A DNA stretch of 64,000 nt from a bacterium. Lineage in GTDB: Bacteria > Patescibacteriota > Dojkabacteria > JAKAPS01. Below, piece after piece: positions 28,658-39,479 of this stretch. The stretch covers positions 80 to 64,079 of the forward strand of contig JAKAPS010000005.1 of assembly GCA_021806925.1 (NCBI GenBank). The letters are read 5' to 3'. Position 1 is the first letter of the stretch. Each line of letters opens with the position of its first letter. Below the pieces are notes generated by a model. That model ran no database searches. It was not told the DNA's origin and saw only the letters and a list, made by a program, of their open reading frames with translations. The position numbers were made by a program, and so were the translations under genes.

Positions 28658-29756
28658 ATGGCATCCCATAACGTAGAGAAATGTGGATCATCGTTTGATG
28701 CTCTAACTTGTACATTATCTAAAGAGATAATTGAAGCAATTAAAAAAAATATGTTTTAATGTATGTGGTATATTAACCAGCGAATTCCAATCGGGTCGTA
28801 TGGAAATAAAGCCTAAAATTGGATGCGAGTTAGAATTTAGATTTATTCCACCAGATGAAGATTATTCTTTAGAGCATAAAAGAAATGTAGATGCATTTAT
28901 TGAATCAGTACGTAAAGATCCAAAACTCCATAAGATTCTACAAACACCTGATGATAAATATGGTATTGATACTGGATTATCAATGATTGGTCAAATCTCA
29001 GCAGAATTTAGATTAAACCCTTTTATATTGGATGAATATATTAATGAAATAGAATTCTTTATTGAATATATAGTAGAAAAATGTAATGAATACCATATAA
29101 TCCCTATTGTAATAGCAAATCATCAACATATATCAATTACTGACATAAATGGTTTATCGAATGTTATGAATAATATTAATGATCTGAATGCAATAATGGT
29201 GGGCATTTTAGATGCGTATCATAGACTTTTTCCATTAACAAGGCTTCCTACAGAAAAAGGAGTTGCACAATATAATTTTGGATTGAAACAAAACGGCTAT
29301 CCCGATAGTGCTATGACACCTTCAGGGTATCCCTGTATGTTTAACCCGAACCCAATAAGGATTGAAACAAGACTAAACAATTCAGAATATATGTTTGACC
29401 CATGGACTACTCTGTTCGTTATATTACTAGGAGTATATAGAGGATTATTGCTATCTAATAATCCTGAGTTAATTGATAAAGATTATCCATTAGATGTTGG
29501 TTATCTTCCACTTGGTAAGGAGTTCATGTATAATTGTTCTCCAGATAACAATTATATCTTTGCTATACAGCATCTAGTAAATGATGAAATCGTTGGACAA
29601 TTTTTAAGTCAAGGTGTTGTTGCTATGCTTCGCCTTATAGCAGGTCTATATAATGATATTTCAAAAGGAAAAATTGGTAAAGAGGATGCATTTAAGTTAG
29701 TTAGAAAATGTAAAAAAGCTTTAGAAAAAAGTAACCGAAAAAGAAGAAATACATAA
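28658..29756 (+). CDS. Glutamine synthetase/carboxylate-amine ligase catalytic-domain protein; 5' end frameshifted at an A8 tract or restarting at ATG 28800
   Basis: IGCELEF, AEFRLNP, HQHISI, RIETRL, DPW match the GS catalytic core; promoter TTGACT-N18-TACAAT just upstream of ATG 28658. Confidence 0.6.
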
Positions 29757-29797
29757 TTGATTTACATTACATCGCATTTAATATATATTATATTTGT

Positions 29798-31312
29798 ATG
29801 TTTAGAAGAATTCTTGTTACCTTTCTTATTGGAGTGTTTGCTTTTTCTGTAGTAAGTATTTCAATAGGTATACTTACAAATAAATACAATATCGCAAATG
29901 CAAATGTAAATCATTACTATTTCTCAATGGGTAATTTCACAAGTCAATCACCTGTAATGGATTTTAACTATGGAAGTAGTTTGCAACCATCAGTACTTTA
30001 TGTAGGAAATACGTATACTTTAAGTGAAACATTCACTATTAATAATCTATACCAAATAGATTTATATAACAAACATGATATATTAGGGTTGCAAGCAAAT
30101 AAAATACTTGAATCAGGTGGAATAAATTTGCAGAGTGGAAATGCAGGAATAACATTAGGAGCTTTAGATAGTAACAGACAAAGTGGAAACGATAATCAAG
30201 AAGCTGTAGCAAGTGACGGAACAACAGTTATAGGGAGTGGAAAATACTTCAATCAATATTTATGCGGAGATAGCGAATATAGTGTGATTCCATATGATTC
30301 TAGTCAAATAGGGAAAACATATACAATTACATGTAATTTCACACCTAAAACAACAGGATACTTTCAAATTGATGCAGTTGATTATGCATTTCAACATTAT
30401 CAACAAAATCAAGGATTATCATGTTCAGATGGTTATTGTGGAGCTCAGTATGCAGTATTTTTAAGAGTAGTTAACAAGTCTCCAACACCAACACCTACTC
30501 CTACACCGACTCCAACTCAAACTCCACCACCTGAATTTGCAACTACATTAAATGGAAATGTATTTTCACAGAATGGTTACGTAAACACAACTAATACATC
30601 AGTTCCTTTCTCAACATATATTCTTAGTGAGGAATCTAGTTCTGGAAATACTAATAGCGTAAAAAGCCTGTATAACTGGGATTTTGATAACTATATATCA
30701 GGATACAATAGTGTTGATAAAACCCAATATATAAAATATGGATATTCATATTTTAAAAATGAGTTGTGCCAAACAAATACATGTACAACACAAACTACAA
30801 ATACAATAACAAATTCAAGTCAATTTGTAACTGGTGTCAATTTGTATAACAATGGGTTAAACATTGATGGAACAAATGGTGATCTTCCTATCAATGGTAT
30901 ATTAATTGTTAACGGTGATGTTAATATAACAACAGATGGATATAACAAAACATTCCTTAATAGCAATGGAAACTTATTGATCATTTCAAATGGTAATATT
31001 AATATAAATCCACCACAAAACGAATGTACTAACTGCTCGAATAATGGTTATAGTTACCTAAATGCAGGGCTAATATCAGATAAATCAATAAATTTTAATT
31101 CAAGTATAGGAAATAACAATAACACATTACCTTTAATAGATCAGGGGATTGTTGTTGGATACACAAATGTTAATTTCTATTATTCATATCTATATAAATT
31201 AAATAATTTGACTATACCAAAAGTTGATATAGAATATAACCCGAATTTGATACTTTTAGTTAGTCAATATTTTCCAACAGTAGACCAGGTATCAATTACG
31301 TATAGTCTATGA
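29798..31312 (+). CDS. Secreted/surface protein with PT linker and C-terminal beta-helix-like domain
   Basis: N-terminal signal/TM, PTPTPTPTPTQTPPP linker, repeated NG(D/N)VNI motifs. Confidence 0.75.
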   Translation: MFRRILVTFLIGVFAFSVVSISIGILTNKYNIANANVNHYYFSMGNFTSQSPVMDFNYGSSLQPSVLYVGNTYTLSETFTINNLYQIDLYNKHDILGLQANKILESGGINLQSGNAGITLGALDSNRQSGNDNQEAVASDGTTVIGSGKYFNQYLCGDSEYSVIPYDSSQIGKTYTITCNFTPKTTGYFQIDAVDYAFQHYQQNQGLSCSDGYCGAQYAVFLRVVNKSPTPTPTPTPTPTQTPPPEFATTLNGNVFSQNGYVNTTNTSVPFSTYILSEESSSGNTNSVKSLYNWDFDNYISGYNSVDKTQYIKYGYSYFKNELCQTNTCTTQTTNTITNSSQFVTGVNLYNNGLNIDGTNGDLPINGILIVNGDVNITTDGYNKTFLNSNGNLLIISNGNININPPQNECTNCSNNGYSYLNAGLISDKSINFNSSIGNNNNTLPLIDQGIVVGYTNVNFYYSYLYKLNNLTIPKVDIEYNPNLILLVSQYFPTVDQVSITYSL

Positions 31313-34300
31313 AAAGAATCACTTTATTAAAGAAAATATCAATTCCGATTTGTTTTTCTTTAATATTCATATTCTTCTATGTATTTGTAATAAAAGGAAA
31401 TGTACTGTTAAATGCAACAGTATTTTCTCAAACTAGCTTGCCATATTGTGGCTCTCTTGCAAACCCATCGAGTCAATATGTTTGTAACAGTGGAAGCAGC
31501 TATCACTTATGCTATGATTTCAATGATAGCCAGTACAGTGCTTATGGTATATATGTATCAAATCAATGTACAGGCAGTGGGCAATGTGCTCCTCCTCCTG
31601 CCGGATTTTACCAAAATACATGGGCAGGAGGACAATGTTGTGCAAAGGTTGTGAATTCACCACTTGGTAAGACATGTGCTACAATTGATTATTACGATCA
31701 ATCTGATGACTTACCAATCAATTGCGGATTCATTGATTCTGGTGCTACTACAAGATGCACAGATTATAATAGCCTAGCAATATACCCCCACTTGGCCTGG
31801 GCATCATATTGTTCAGGGGACACTAACGCAACATGCACAGGATCCAATTCAAGCCAGTGTTCAAGCGAAACAGGTTATGGACTTTACAGCAGCGGAGTAA
31901 GCAGTTATTGCTGGAATGCATACTATTATTACACAAACTATCAAGAGTATTATTATCAAAGAATCCCTACAATAACAGGGGGAAGCATATATAACAATAG
32001 TACAAATCAATATGTAGCAAGTGGTTCTACACAGATGTTTAACAATAGGATAACTGATTCAGTAAGTTTAAATACTTGGAGTGGCGTAACATCTACATCA
32101 TGGAAAGAAGTTATAACTGACAATATTGATAATAAATCAAGCACATATTATGGTAGCGGTGGGTCATTCACTTACACATTAAATTCAGGTAGTATATCAA
32201 ATCCAACACCAAATGAAACTTTTCACTATTATGTTACATTTACTGAATACTATAACGGAGGCAGTCAATCATGGTCATCTAGTTTAAGTGCAGTAAACCC
32301 TCCTCCAAAACCAGTAATAAGCTCAATATCAATATATGATAACAGTTTAAGCAGGGGACTAAATTCAGGTGATACAGGATTATACTCTGACAGCATAACA
32401 GCATCCCCTTCTATTAATACTACATACATAACTAGGGACTGGAAAGAGAATGTAACTGCAAGCGGAGGAGGTAATACTACCATTGACCTTGGTTCATCTT
32501 CAAACATAACCTTTAATTTAAATGCCATAGTAGGAACACCATCTCCAGGAGAGAAATACACCTTTAATATAACGCTTAATGTCAATAATACAAGTGGAAG
32601 TGCATCAAGCTCATTTACTTTATACATGTATATCCCAGTAAATTTCTCTTTTTCATGTCAATCTAATGCCGAAAGCTTACTTGCTGCATCTAATCCATTA
32701 ATTGAGTATGATAATAGCCCGACTAATCCTTGTAGCAATTGGAGTGTATTAGCAAATAACTATATTAAGACAAGCGGTAGCAACTATAACTCATCATTTG
32801 AGGCATCTAATAGAGATAGTATAGTTTATTTCCCTGGAACTGATAATGTTGCAATGCTAACTGGAGCAGGATCAAATAATATATGGATAGTAAAGTGGCA
32901 ATTTGAAAATTCTTCACTTCAAAATATTGTAAACCCTAGTACAGTGCAAGTTGCAATTCTTGTAAATAACACAACAACGCCAACTGATCTCACAATAAGC
33001 TATGCTTCTAACCAGCCTAATAGTCTATTTGTGTCTCAGTATTCACAAAATTCAAGTATATTAAACATACCTTGGAATGTAATTAGTGCAGATGAAAATA
33101 GCTTTTTAAATAACGTACCCTTTTCACCAATTAATGCTAATAACTATATATTCTACAGGTACAATAAAAGCCTATATGCAAATGGTATTATAGCTGATGG
33201 AAATAACTTGTATTGGGGAATGATTGATAGAACTACCAATACAAACTATATATATGAATTCAATATTCAGAATGGTTCTATAACACAAAAATGGGACTTG
33301 GGTTCAACAGGTACAAGTCAAACAGGTGTTCTTCAAAATGGAAAAAGAGTCAGATTTTTGAATTCATGGTGGTCTGTTGATGGATTATCAGTTTCGCCTG
33401 ATGGGAAGTATGTATTTGCCGTATCACAACAGGGGATTTTAATATGGGTAATTCAAAATGCACAGGGAACAAGCCCTTCAATGCTTGGATACGCTCCAGT
33501 ATTAACTGGAACTACTGACCTTTCTAAAGAAAGCGGACTTCAAGGGCTTGATGGTATTGCAGTTGACCCAAATGGTCAGATATATTTTGTTCTGTATAAC
33601 CAAGGAATATATAGTACATCTGAAACTCAATTGATAAATGCAGCAAGTGAGAATGGTAATTCATTTTTACAATATGGTACAAATATATACATATACGCAA
33701 ATGCAACTGTAAATGCACAAGCATTTATTACAGGAAATTTTGATGATATTGCTCCATTATCATTTCCAGGAGCTCCAACAATAACCCCTGCAAAGTGGAT
33801 GAATACAATGGGGGCAAATGTTTTCTCCCAATATGGATACGGTTCTCTCCAAAATCCATTAAATCTGAATTTCAGTGAGTATGGATTATTCGATAATACA
33901 AACAAAGTAAATAAATATGCTTCACTATATAACTGGCAATTCTCAAGTTATACATCTATGGATAATTCAATTAACGGAAGTATAACACCAGTGTACGGAT
34001 ACAGTTATCTTATGGATGATATTTGTAACAATAGTGGAAAAAATAAATGTAATACTGTATCAACTTCTTCACTTCCATCTAACACAATTAATGGAAGTGT
34101 AGCTTTAAATGGAGTTAACATATTAAATGGAAATATTACAATTGACGCAAGTAGCGGTGGAATACAAACTACAGGAATACTTTTTATTAACGGTAACCTT
34201 ACAATAACTCCAGATAGTAGTAACACATTTTTCAGCAATTCACAAGATAGGCTTCTTGTAATTGTATCTGGAAATATTAATATAAATCCTAATTCATATT

Positions 34301-34602
34301 ATTGCTCAGGAACAAATTGTAACTCCAACCTTTATTATCAATACATCAATTTAGGATTAGTATCCAATGGAAGTATTACTGTAAACCCATATGTTAATAA
34401 TCTATCATTTCCAAACTATATGGAACCTCTTGTTATCTCTGGAGTAGGTATATTTTATGGAGGAATAACACAGAAACTTGATATTGGAAATCTTGATTTA
34501 TATGACCCTGCCGTAAAGTTTAATTATGACCCAACTTTGATACTTCAAAATGAAAATTTCTTTACAGATTCTCAACTTGTCAGCCAACAATTAGGGCTAT
34601 AG
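31309..34602 (+). CDS. Large secreted/surface protein (Cys-rich N-terminus, propeller-like middle, C-terminal domain paralogous to 29798-31312)
   Basis: 1097 aa with N-terminal TM; shared NVFSQ.GY...YNW.F...YGYSY...GNININP motifs. Confidence 0.75.
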   Translation: MKRITLLKKISIPICFSLIFIFFYVFVIKGNVLLNATVFSQTSLPYCGSLANPSSQYVCNSGSSYHLCYDFNDSQYSAYGIYVSNQCTGSGQCAPPPAGFYQNTWAGGQCCAKVVNSPLGKTCATIDYYDQSDDLPINCGFIDSGATTRCTDYNSLAIYPHLAWASYCSGDTNATCTGSNSSQCSSETGYGLYSSGVSSYCWNAYYYYTNYQEYYYQRIPTITGGSIYNNSTNQYVASGSTQMFNNRITDSVSLNTWSGVTSTSWKEVITDNIDNKSSTYYGSGGSFTYTLNSGSISNPTPNETFHYYVTFTEYYNGGSQSWSSSLSAVNPPPKPVISSISIYDNSLSRGLNSGDTGLYSDSITASPSINTTYITRDWKENVTASGGGNTTIDLGSSSNITFNLNAIVGTPSPGEKYTFNITLNVNNTSGSASSSFTLYMYIPVNFSFSCQSNAESLLAASNPLIEYDNSPTNPCSNWSVLANNYIKTSGSNYNSSFEASNRDSIVYFPGTDNVAMLTGAGSNNIWIVKWQFENSSLQNIVNPSTVQVAILVNNTTTPTDLTISYASNQPNSLFVSQYSQNSSILNIPWNVISADENSFLNNVPFSPINANNYIFYRYNKSLYANGIIADGNNLYWGMIDRTTNTNYIYEFNIQNGSITQKWDLGSTGTSQTGVLQNGKRVRFLNSWWSVDGLSVSPDGKYVFAVSQQGILIWVIQNAQGTSPSMLGYAPVLTGTTDLSKESGLQGLDGIAVDPNGQIYFVLYNQGIYSTSETQLINAASENGNSFLQYGTNIYIYANATVNAQAFITGNFDDIAPLSFPGAPTITPAKWMNTMGANVFSQYGYGSLQNPLNLNFSEYGLFDNTNKVNKYASLYNWQFSSYTSMDNSINGSITPVYGYSYLMDDICNNSGKNKCNTVSTSSLPSNTINGSVALNGVNILNGNITIDASSGGIQTTGILFINGNLTITPDSSNTFFSNSQDRLLVIVSGNININPNSYYCSGTNCNSNLYYQYINLGLVSNGSITVNPYVNNLSFPNYMEPLVISGVGIFYGGITQKLDIGNLDLYDPAVKFNYDPTLILQNENFFTDSQLVSQQLGL

Positions 34603-34639
34603 ACTACTAGACCAGTTATATAGTATAATTTGAATTGCT

Positions 34640-34810
34640 ATGGGAGCATTACCAAAGAGGAAACCATCACATTCAAAAACAAGAATAAGAAGGCAGACAA
34701 AGAAAGCAACAGTTCCTGCACTTATAAAGTGTGAAAGCTGCGGAGAAATGAAGAGAGCAGGATTTGTTTGCAAAAATTGTGGTAAATATAAAGGGAAGAA
34801 ATTAGTTTAA
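34640..34810 (+). CDS. rpmF: 50S ribosomal protein L32 (zinc-ribbon type), not in the ORF track
   Basis: MGALPKRKPSHSKTRIRR...CESCG...VCKNCGKYKGK. Confidence 0.95.
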   Translation: MGALPKRKPSHSKTRIRRQTKKATVPALIKCESCGEMKRAGFVCKNCGKYKGKKLV

Positions 34811-34817
34811 TTCTTTT

Positions 34818-35234
34818 ATGAAATCTACATATGACCCTAGACATAGAGTCAGAGAAGAAGCATTTAAATTAATATTTAAATGCCTTTTTAATTCTAACGT
34901 TCTTAATAAAGAAAATGTACAAGATAATGGGTCTGTTAATGAATTTAACAAGATAAATTTAATTAACGGCGTAAATAGATATAGGGAGATAGTTGATAGT
35001 ACTATACTATCTCATAGTTCAAGAAATACAACAAATATTAATCATATAAACAAAGTAGATCTTGCAATTCTTGAACTAGCAGTATATGAATTACTTTATC
35101 TTGATACACCTAAGATAGTGGTGATTGATGAAGCAATAGAAATAGCAAAAAAGTATGGAAGTGATTCATCTTCATCATATATAAATGGAGTGCTGGCAAA
35201 TATTGTTAAAGAGAATAATGAGAAAACTAAGTGA
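34818..35234 (+). CDS. nusB: Transcription antitermination factor NusB
   Basis: RHRVRE, VDLAILELAVYEL, VVIDEAIEIAKKYG, YINGVL. Confidence 0.94.
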   Translation: MKSTYDPRHRVREEAFKLIFKCLFNSNVLNKENVQDNGSVNEFNKINLINGVNRYREIVDSTILSHSSRNTTNINHINKVDLAILELAVYELLYLDTPKIVVIDEAIEIAKKYGSDSSSSYINGVLANIVKENNEKTK

Positions 35235-35898
35235 ACTTGAAGAGAAGATTAAAATTCTATTTTCCGATAAAAAGATATTAAGATTAGCATTTATTCACAG
35301 ATCATTTTTAAATGAATCAGGTGAAAAAGAAAACAATGAAAGACTTGAATTTCTTGGTGATGCTGTACTTGAGATAATTGTATCAGACTATATATTTAGG
35401 AATATTAGCGAAAAGGAAGGCATATTAACAAGTATACGAAGTGCAGTTGTGAAAATGGAATCCCTAGCAGAAATCGCAAGAGAATTATCACTTGGTGATT
35501 TTCTTTATATGGCAAAGGGAGAAGATCAAACTGGTGGAAGGAATAGGGAATATATACTTGCAAATACATTTGAAGCATTACTAGGTGCAATATATATAGA
35601 TAAAGGAATAGACACATGTAGAGAGTTTCTACTTCCGCTATTAAACACAAGAATAGATAGCGTATACAAAGAAAAATCTTTTATTGATTCGAAAACTAAA
35701 TTACAGGAGTTATCACAAAGTAAATTCAAACAAGCACCTCAATACTTTATTGTCAGTGAAACTGGACCTGACCATGATAAAACATTTACCTCAAAAGTTG
35801 AGATAAACTCAAAAATATATGGAAAAGGCGAGGGAAAGACTAAACAATCAGCAGAAGAGAATGCAGCTAAGGAAGCATTAAAAGAATTGAACAAATAA
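35218..35898 (+). CDS. rnc: Ribonuclease III
   Basis: AFIHRS, NERLEFLGDAVL, C-terminal dsRBD; start set at ATG 35218. Confidence 0.97.
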   Translation: MRKLSELEEKIKILFSDKKILRLAFIHRSFLNESGEKENNERLEFLGDAVLEIIVSDYIFRNISEKEGILTSIRSAVVKMESLAEIARELSLGDFLYMAKGEDQTGGRNREYILANTFEALLGAIYIDKGIDTCREFLLPLLNTRIDSVYKEKSFIDSKTKLQELSQSKFKQAPQYFIVSETGPDHDKTFTSKVEINSKIYGKGEGKTKQSAEENAAKEALKELNK

Positions 35899-36437
35899 CC
35901 TATCAAAAACCTTAGGGAAAGATTACACAACAATTGCAACCTATATACAAAATTTTACATGATTGGTTGGTGGGAAGTACTAAGGTAAATAAAGATGGGT
36001 ATACTTTGGGAAGGAATGCAGAAGAATATATTTAGACAATACTAATTTACTTTATGCGTTAGATGTCAAATAGGAAAAACAATTTATAGGCTCATTAAGA
36101 GAACTCCTTGTTATAAACAATTTAAGTAATGCTAGTTATCTCACGTACATTGTTCACAACCTCGTGACACATGAATCAGAAAATAACATATTTAAAATTG
36201 GTGAAAAAAAGCAGATTTACAACAAAACAAATTAAGCATACATCAAGTAATTATGGGCAATATTCTTGTAACAATTAAAATGTATATATGTATTTTTTTA
36301 TTTATTTTGTTTTATTATATATTAAAGCCTAATCTCATTAAAAACATATGCTTAGATAGGTAAAAATGGGTGTAATTAAACAAGAAACGTTAAAAGCTTG
36401 AAATATATGATATTTTGTTATAAAATAGATAAGATTT

Positions 36438-36674
36438 ATGGTAAAAGTAAGATTAACTCGTATTGGAAAAAAGCATAGACCAGCATATAGGTTAATTGCT
36501 ATTGACTCAAGGAAAAGGGCAACAGGAAAACCTTTGGAATTCTTAGGTAACTATGATCCAATTAATTCTGTATTGAATATAAAGACAGAATTAGTTGATA
36601 AATGGGTAAAATCAGGTGCTCAAGTATCAAAAAGAGTTATAAAACTACTAGAAAAATATAAAGCAAATGAATAA
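36438..36674 (+). CDS. rpsP: 30S ribosomal protein S16
   Basis: MVKVRLTRIGKKHRPAYRLIAIDSR...LGNYDP...GAQVS. Confidence 0.97.
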   Translation: MVKVRLTRIGKKHRPAYRLIAIDSRKRATGKPLEFLGNYDPINSVLNIKTELVDKWVKSGAQVSKRVIKLLEKYKANE

Positions 36675-36906
36675 TAAAATTGACTACAAAGAATCATTAA
36701 CACAATTATTAAAAAGTTTTAATCTTGAAGGAATTGAAGTTTCAATTGAAGATAGAGAAGGGGAGTACCATTTAGTTATAACTGCTCCAGATGAAGCAAA
36801 AGGTAAAATAATTGGTAAACAAGGCAAGAATATTAACGCAATCAGATCAATATATAGAGCAATCGCATCAAATAATGGTGAGAGAATATCTATATCTGTA
36901 GAATGA
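36667..36906 (+). CDS. KH-domain RNA-binding protein (KhpA-like)
   Basis: GKIIGKQGKNINAIR; conserved position after rpsP. Confidence 0.9.
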   Translation: MNNKIDYKESLTQLLKSFNLEGIEVSIEDREGEYHLVITAPDEAKGKIIGKQGKNINAIRSIYRAIASNNGERISISVE

Positions 36907-36966
36907 TATACAAATATACTGCTTTACTAAGGTGTCTAAACACATTGGAAGTAATGCCATAAATTC

Positions 36967-37044
36967 CAATGAACATATTCCAAGTTTTGAAGTATAAGTA
37001 ATAATATTGACTAGATAAGGCATAGAGTGGCATAACTTAATTAT
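36967..37044 (+). repeat. ~78-bp copy of the upstream/left-end region of the IS5-like relic (55762-55838)
   Basis: Shared CAATGAACATATTCCAAGTTTTGAAG...ATTGACTAGATA...TTAATTAT. Confidence 0.8.
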
Positions 37045-37059
37045 CCTATTTTTAGGCAT

Positions 37060-37500
37060 TATGATTTTTAAATATTCACATAATTCTTCTTGAGGTATAC
37101 TAAGTTCTTGGATTAAAACTTCATCATCATATACTTTACATTTTATGTTTCTTAATATTTGTTAATGCTTCCTCTAATGTATATTCTTTTCCTAGTGTTC
37201 TCTTGATTCCAAGATATACTATTAATGTTAAGAATATTAAAAATATAAAACCTCTAAAATTCTTCTCACTGTGTATTCTTAATAGTAAAAGGTTAAGATC
37301 ATTTTTCGATATTCCAAATATTTGTTCTGACATTTGTCTTGTGTAATACAATGGAACTATTTCATTAATCGTAACTTCTTTACTTGTAATAAGCATAAAT
37401 ATTCCTTTTGTATTTAACTCTACATCAAATTCTTTATAGGGGATTTTATCTTTAAGTGCTGATAGAATTAATTTTTCGCATTTCCTTTCTTTTGTAGATC
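37060..37500 (-). pseudogene. IS1634/IS4-like transposase C-terminal relic
   Basis: GIFMLITS...LYYTRQMSEQIFGISKNDL..LRIHSE...GFIFLIFL matches the Y-x2-R-x3-E-x2-F-x3-K DDE region; bounds approximate. Confidence 0.65.
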
Positions 37501-37789
37501 GAGAACAATATATGAATACACTTCATGCCCCCGAATAAATCAATCTTTTGTATCTAATAAAACTCATAAATAATACATAGTGCCTATATAGACAACATTA
37601 TGTATTATCTCTGTGTGCCACTCGTAAATACCTATTCAATAACCTTTATTTTGTATTAATAACCATGATGCCTACTTTATAGGGAATTAAGTATAATAAG
37701 AAGGCGTTCCCAAATTGGTAAATAAAGAGTTATTTAAGAAGAAGATAAAAAAAATATGAGCAGTTGCAGAAACAAATTGTATTTTCTTC

Positions 37790-38824
37790 TTATAGTTCCT
37801 TAGTTTTCATAGCAAGCCCAAGTGCTATACTAAATGTGTTCTGTATACTTTTGTTTTTATCTTCATGTGTGTCTTTCACATTTACCCATGGATTACCAAT
37901 TTGAACCTCTATACCAAAAATTTGAGTCAGGTAAACAACTAATCCGGGTAGATTACACCCACCACCTGTAACAATAACCCTGGATGGAATACTATCAGGT
38001 GCATTTATTTTAAAGTATTCTATAGCTCTTGTAACGTCTGTACATATTGAATCAACAACCAATTTTATTGATCGATATATTCTACCATCAAGCTGACTCT
38101 CATCTAACCCATAATTCTTTTTATACTCTTCAGCCTGTGCATACTCAAGACCAAAATCCTGCATTACTGCTTTAGTCATTGAATTAGATCCAGTTGATAT
38201 TGACTGTGAATATATCAATTCAGAATTACGAATAACTGCAAGTGTTGAACTATCAAATCCTATATCTAATATAACGCTTGTTGTTTTATCTTCTGGTATC
38301 AAAAATGGTCTTGATAAACTTGCTGCTGCTGTCTCAATTGCGACAATCTGCAATCCACAATCCTTAAACAACCTTATATAGTAATTAACAAGTGTCTTTG
38401 ATACTGCAACAATAAATATATTCCACATTCTAACTCCATCAGATGAATACGACTCACCAACTTTTCTATAACTCAAATTGACCTCATCGAGAGGAATTGG
38501 AATATATTGCTTAGCTTGCCAATGTATTGCTTCTGCAATTTGAGAATCCTCCATATATGGAATTTGAATAAGTCTTGATGATACAAAATTCTCAGGTATT
38601 GATACACACACTTTTTTAAATTTTGTTTGAAGCTCCTTAACTCCAGATTTAATAGCTCCTATCAACTCCATTCTATCCTGTTCATTTTCACTTCCAATAG
38701 AATTTTTTGGAGTAGTTACAAAAGATTCATTAACAGAGAAAAAATTCTTTGAATCAGTTCTAAGTTGTACAGATTTAACTGTACTATGCCCTAAATCTAT
38801 ACCAAAATAATCTATTATTTTCAT
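37790..38824 (-). CDS. pilM: Type IV pilus assembly protein PilM
   Basis: FGIDLG, QYIPIPLDEV, ILDIG, AEEYKK, VTGGG, GLAMK (actin-like fold). Confidence 0.93.
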   Translation of the reverse strand: MKIIDYFGIDLGHSTVKSVQLRTDSKNFFSVNESFVTTPKNSIGSENEQDRMELIGAIKSGVKELQTKFKKVCVSIPENFVSSRLIQIPYMEDSQIAEAIHWQAKQYIPIPLDEVNLSYRKVGESYSSDGVRMWNIFIVAVSKTLVNYYIRLFKDCGLQIVAIETAAASLSRPFLIPEDKTTSVILDIGFDSSTLAVIRNSELIYSQSISTGSNSMTKAVMQDFGLEYAQAEEYKKNYGLDESQLDGRIYRSIKLVVDSICTDVTRAIEYFKINAPDSIPSRVIVTGGGCNLPGLVVYLTQIFGIEVQIGNPWVNVKDTHEDKNKSIQNTFSIALGLAMKTKEL

Positions 38825-38846
38825 ATGTTTATATATACATAATATA

Positions 38847-39479
38847 TCAGATATTAAAATTCTTAAGCAATAAATTACTGCTAAGTGAAAAATAGTTATA
38901 GACTAAATCTACACTATCTACCTGATTACTTAGCATATCTCCATTCTCATTTACACTTAAAAGAACATTAATATCCTGATTAGTTTCCATATCATTTAAA
39001 AGAGACATTAATTGACTACCTGTACAATTCAATTTCAAATCAACCTCAGACACATTAGCATTCTGATTTAAATTACTCAAAATGTTGCTAATATTAGTTA
39101 CTGCAGAAAGATTTAAATTAACACTCTGTACAACACAGTCGTTTTTCTGAGCCAATTGTTCAATACTATTTAATAAAAGACCATTATCAAGATAATCAGG
39201 TAATGTATTATTAAGATTTGATAATTGGCTTGTTAATTTATTCTGTGCAGCAGTTGAACTATTCGATTTGTAAAGTGCTAGATTATTTACATCAGTTTGT
39301 ATCTCCTCTTTATATTGTATATCAGAGTTATAGTTATTAATTATTCCGTAGAATAGGGGAATATATGCAAAAATAAAAAGGATTATAATTACAATAGATC
39401 CAAAAACAGGAATAATATATCCCCTTACAAAATGAAGTATCAAATCAAAAGTATCTTTATTTAAATCAATGTCCTTCAT
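38847..39479 (-). CDS. PilO-like pilus assembly protein
   Basis: Single TM, coiled coil, LP...LL..IEQLA pattern; adjacent to pilM and pilN-like genes. Confidence 0.7.
   Translation of the reverse strand: MKDIDLNKDTFDLILHFVRGYIIPVFGSIVIIILFIFAYIPLFYGIINNYNSDIQYKEEIQTDVNNLALYKSNSSTAAQNKLTSQLSNLNNTLPDYLDNGLLLNSIEQLAQKNDCVVQSVNLNLSAVTNISNILSNLNQNANVSEVDLKLNCTGSQLMSLLNDMETNQDINVLLSVNENGDMLSNQVDSVDLVYNYFSLSSNLLLKNFNI

Noticed and set aside
30481-30530. Short tandem repeat (CCAACA/CCTACT)n
   Set aside because: Encodes a Pro-Thr linker with varied codons; not a DNA-level element
35900-36430. 530-bp gap between rnc and rpsP as an ncRNA
   Set aside because: No recognisable tRNA, tmRNA, RNase P or SRP structure; looks like decayed coding DNA plus a promoter
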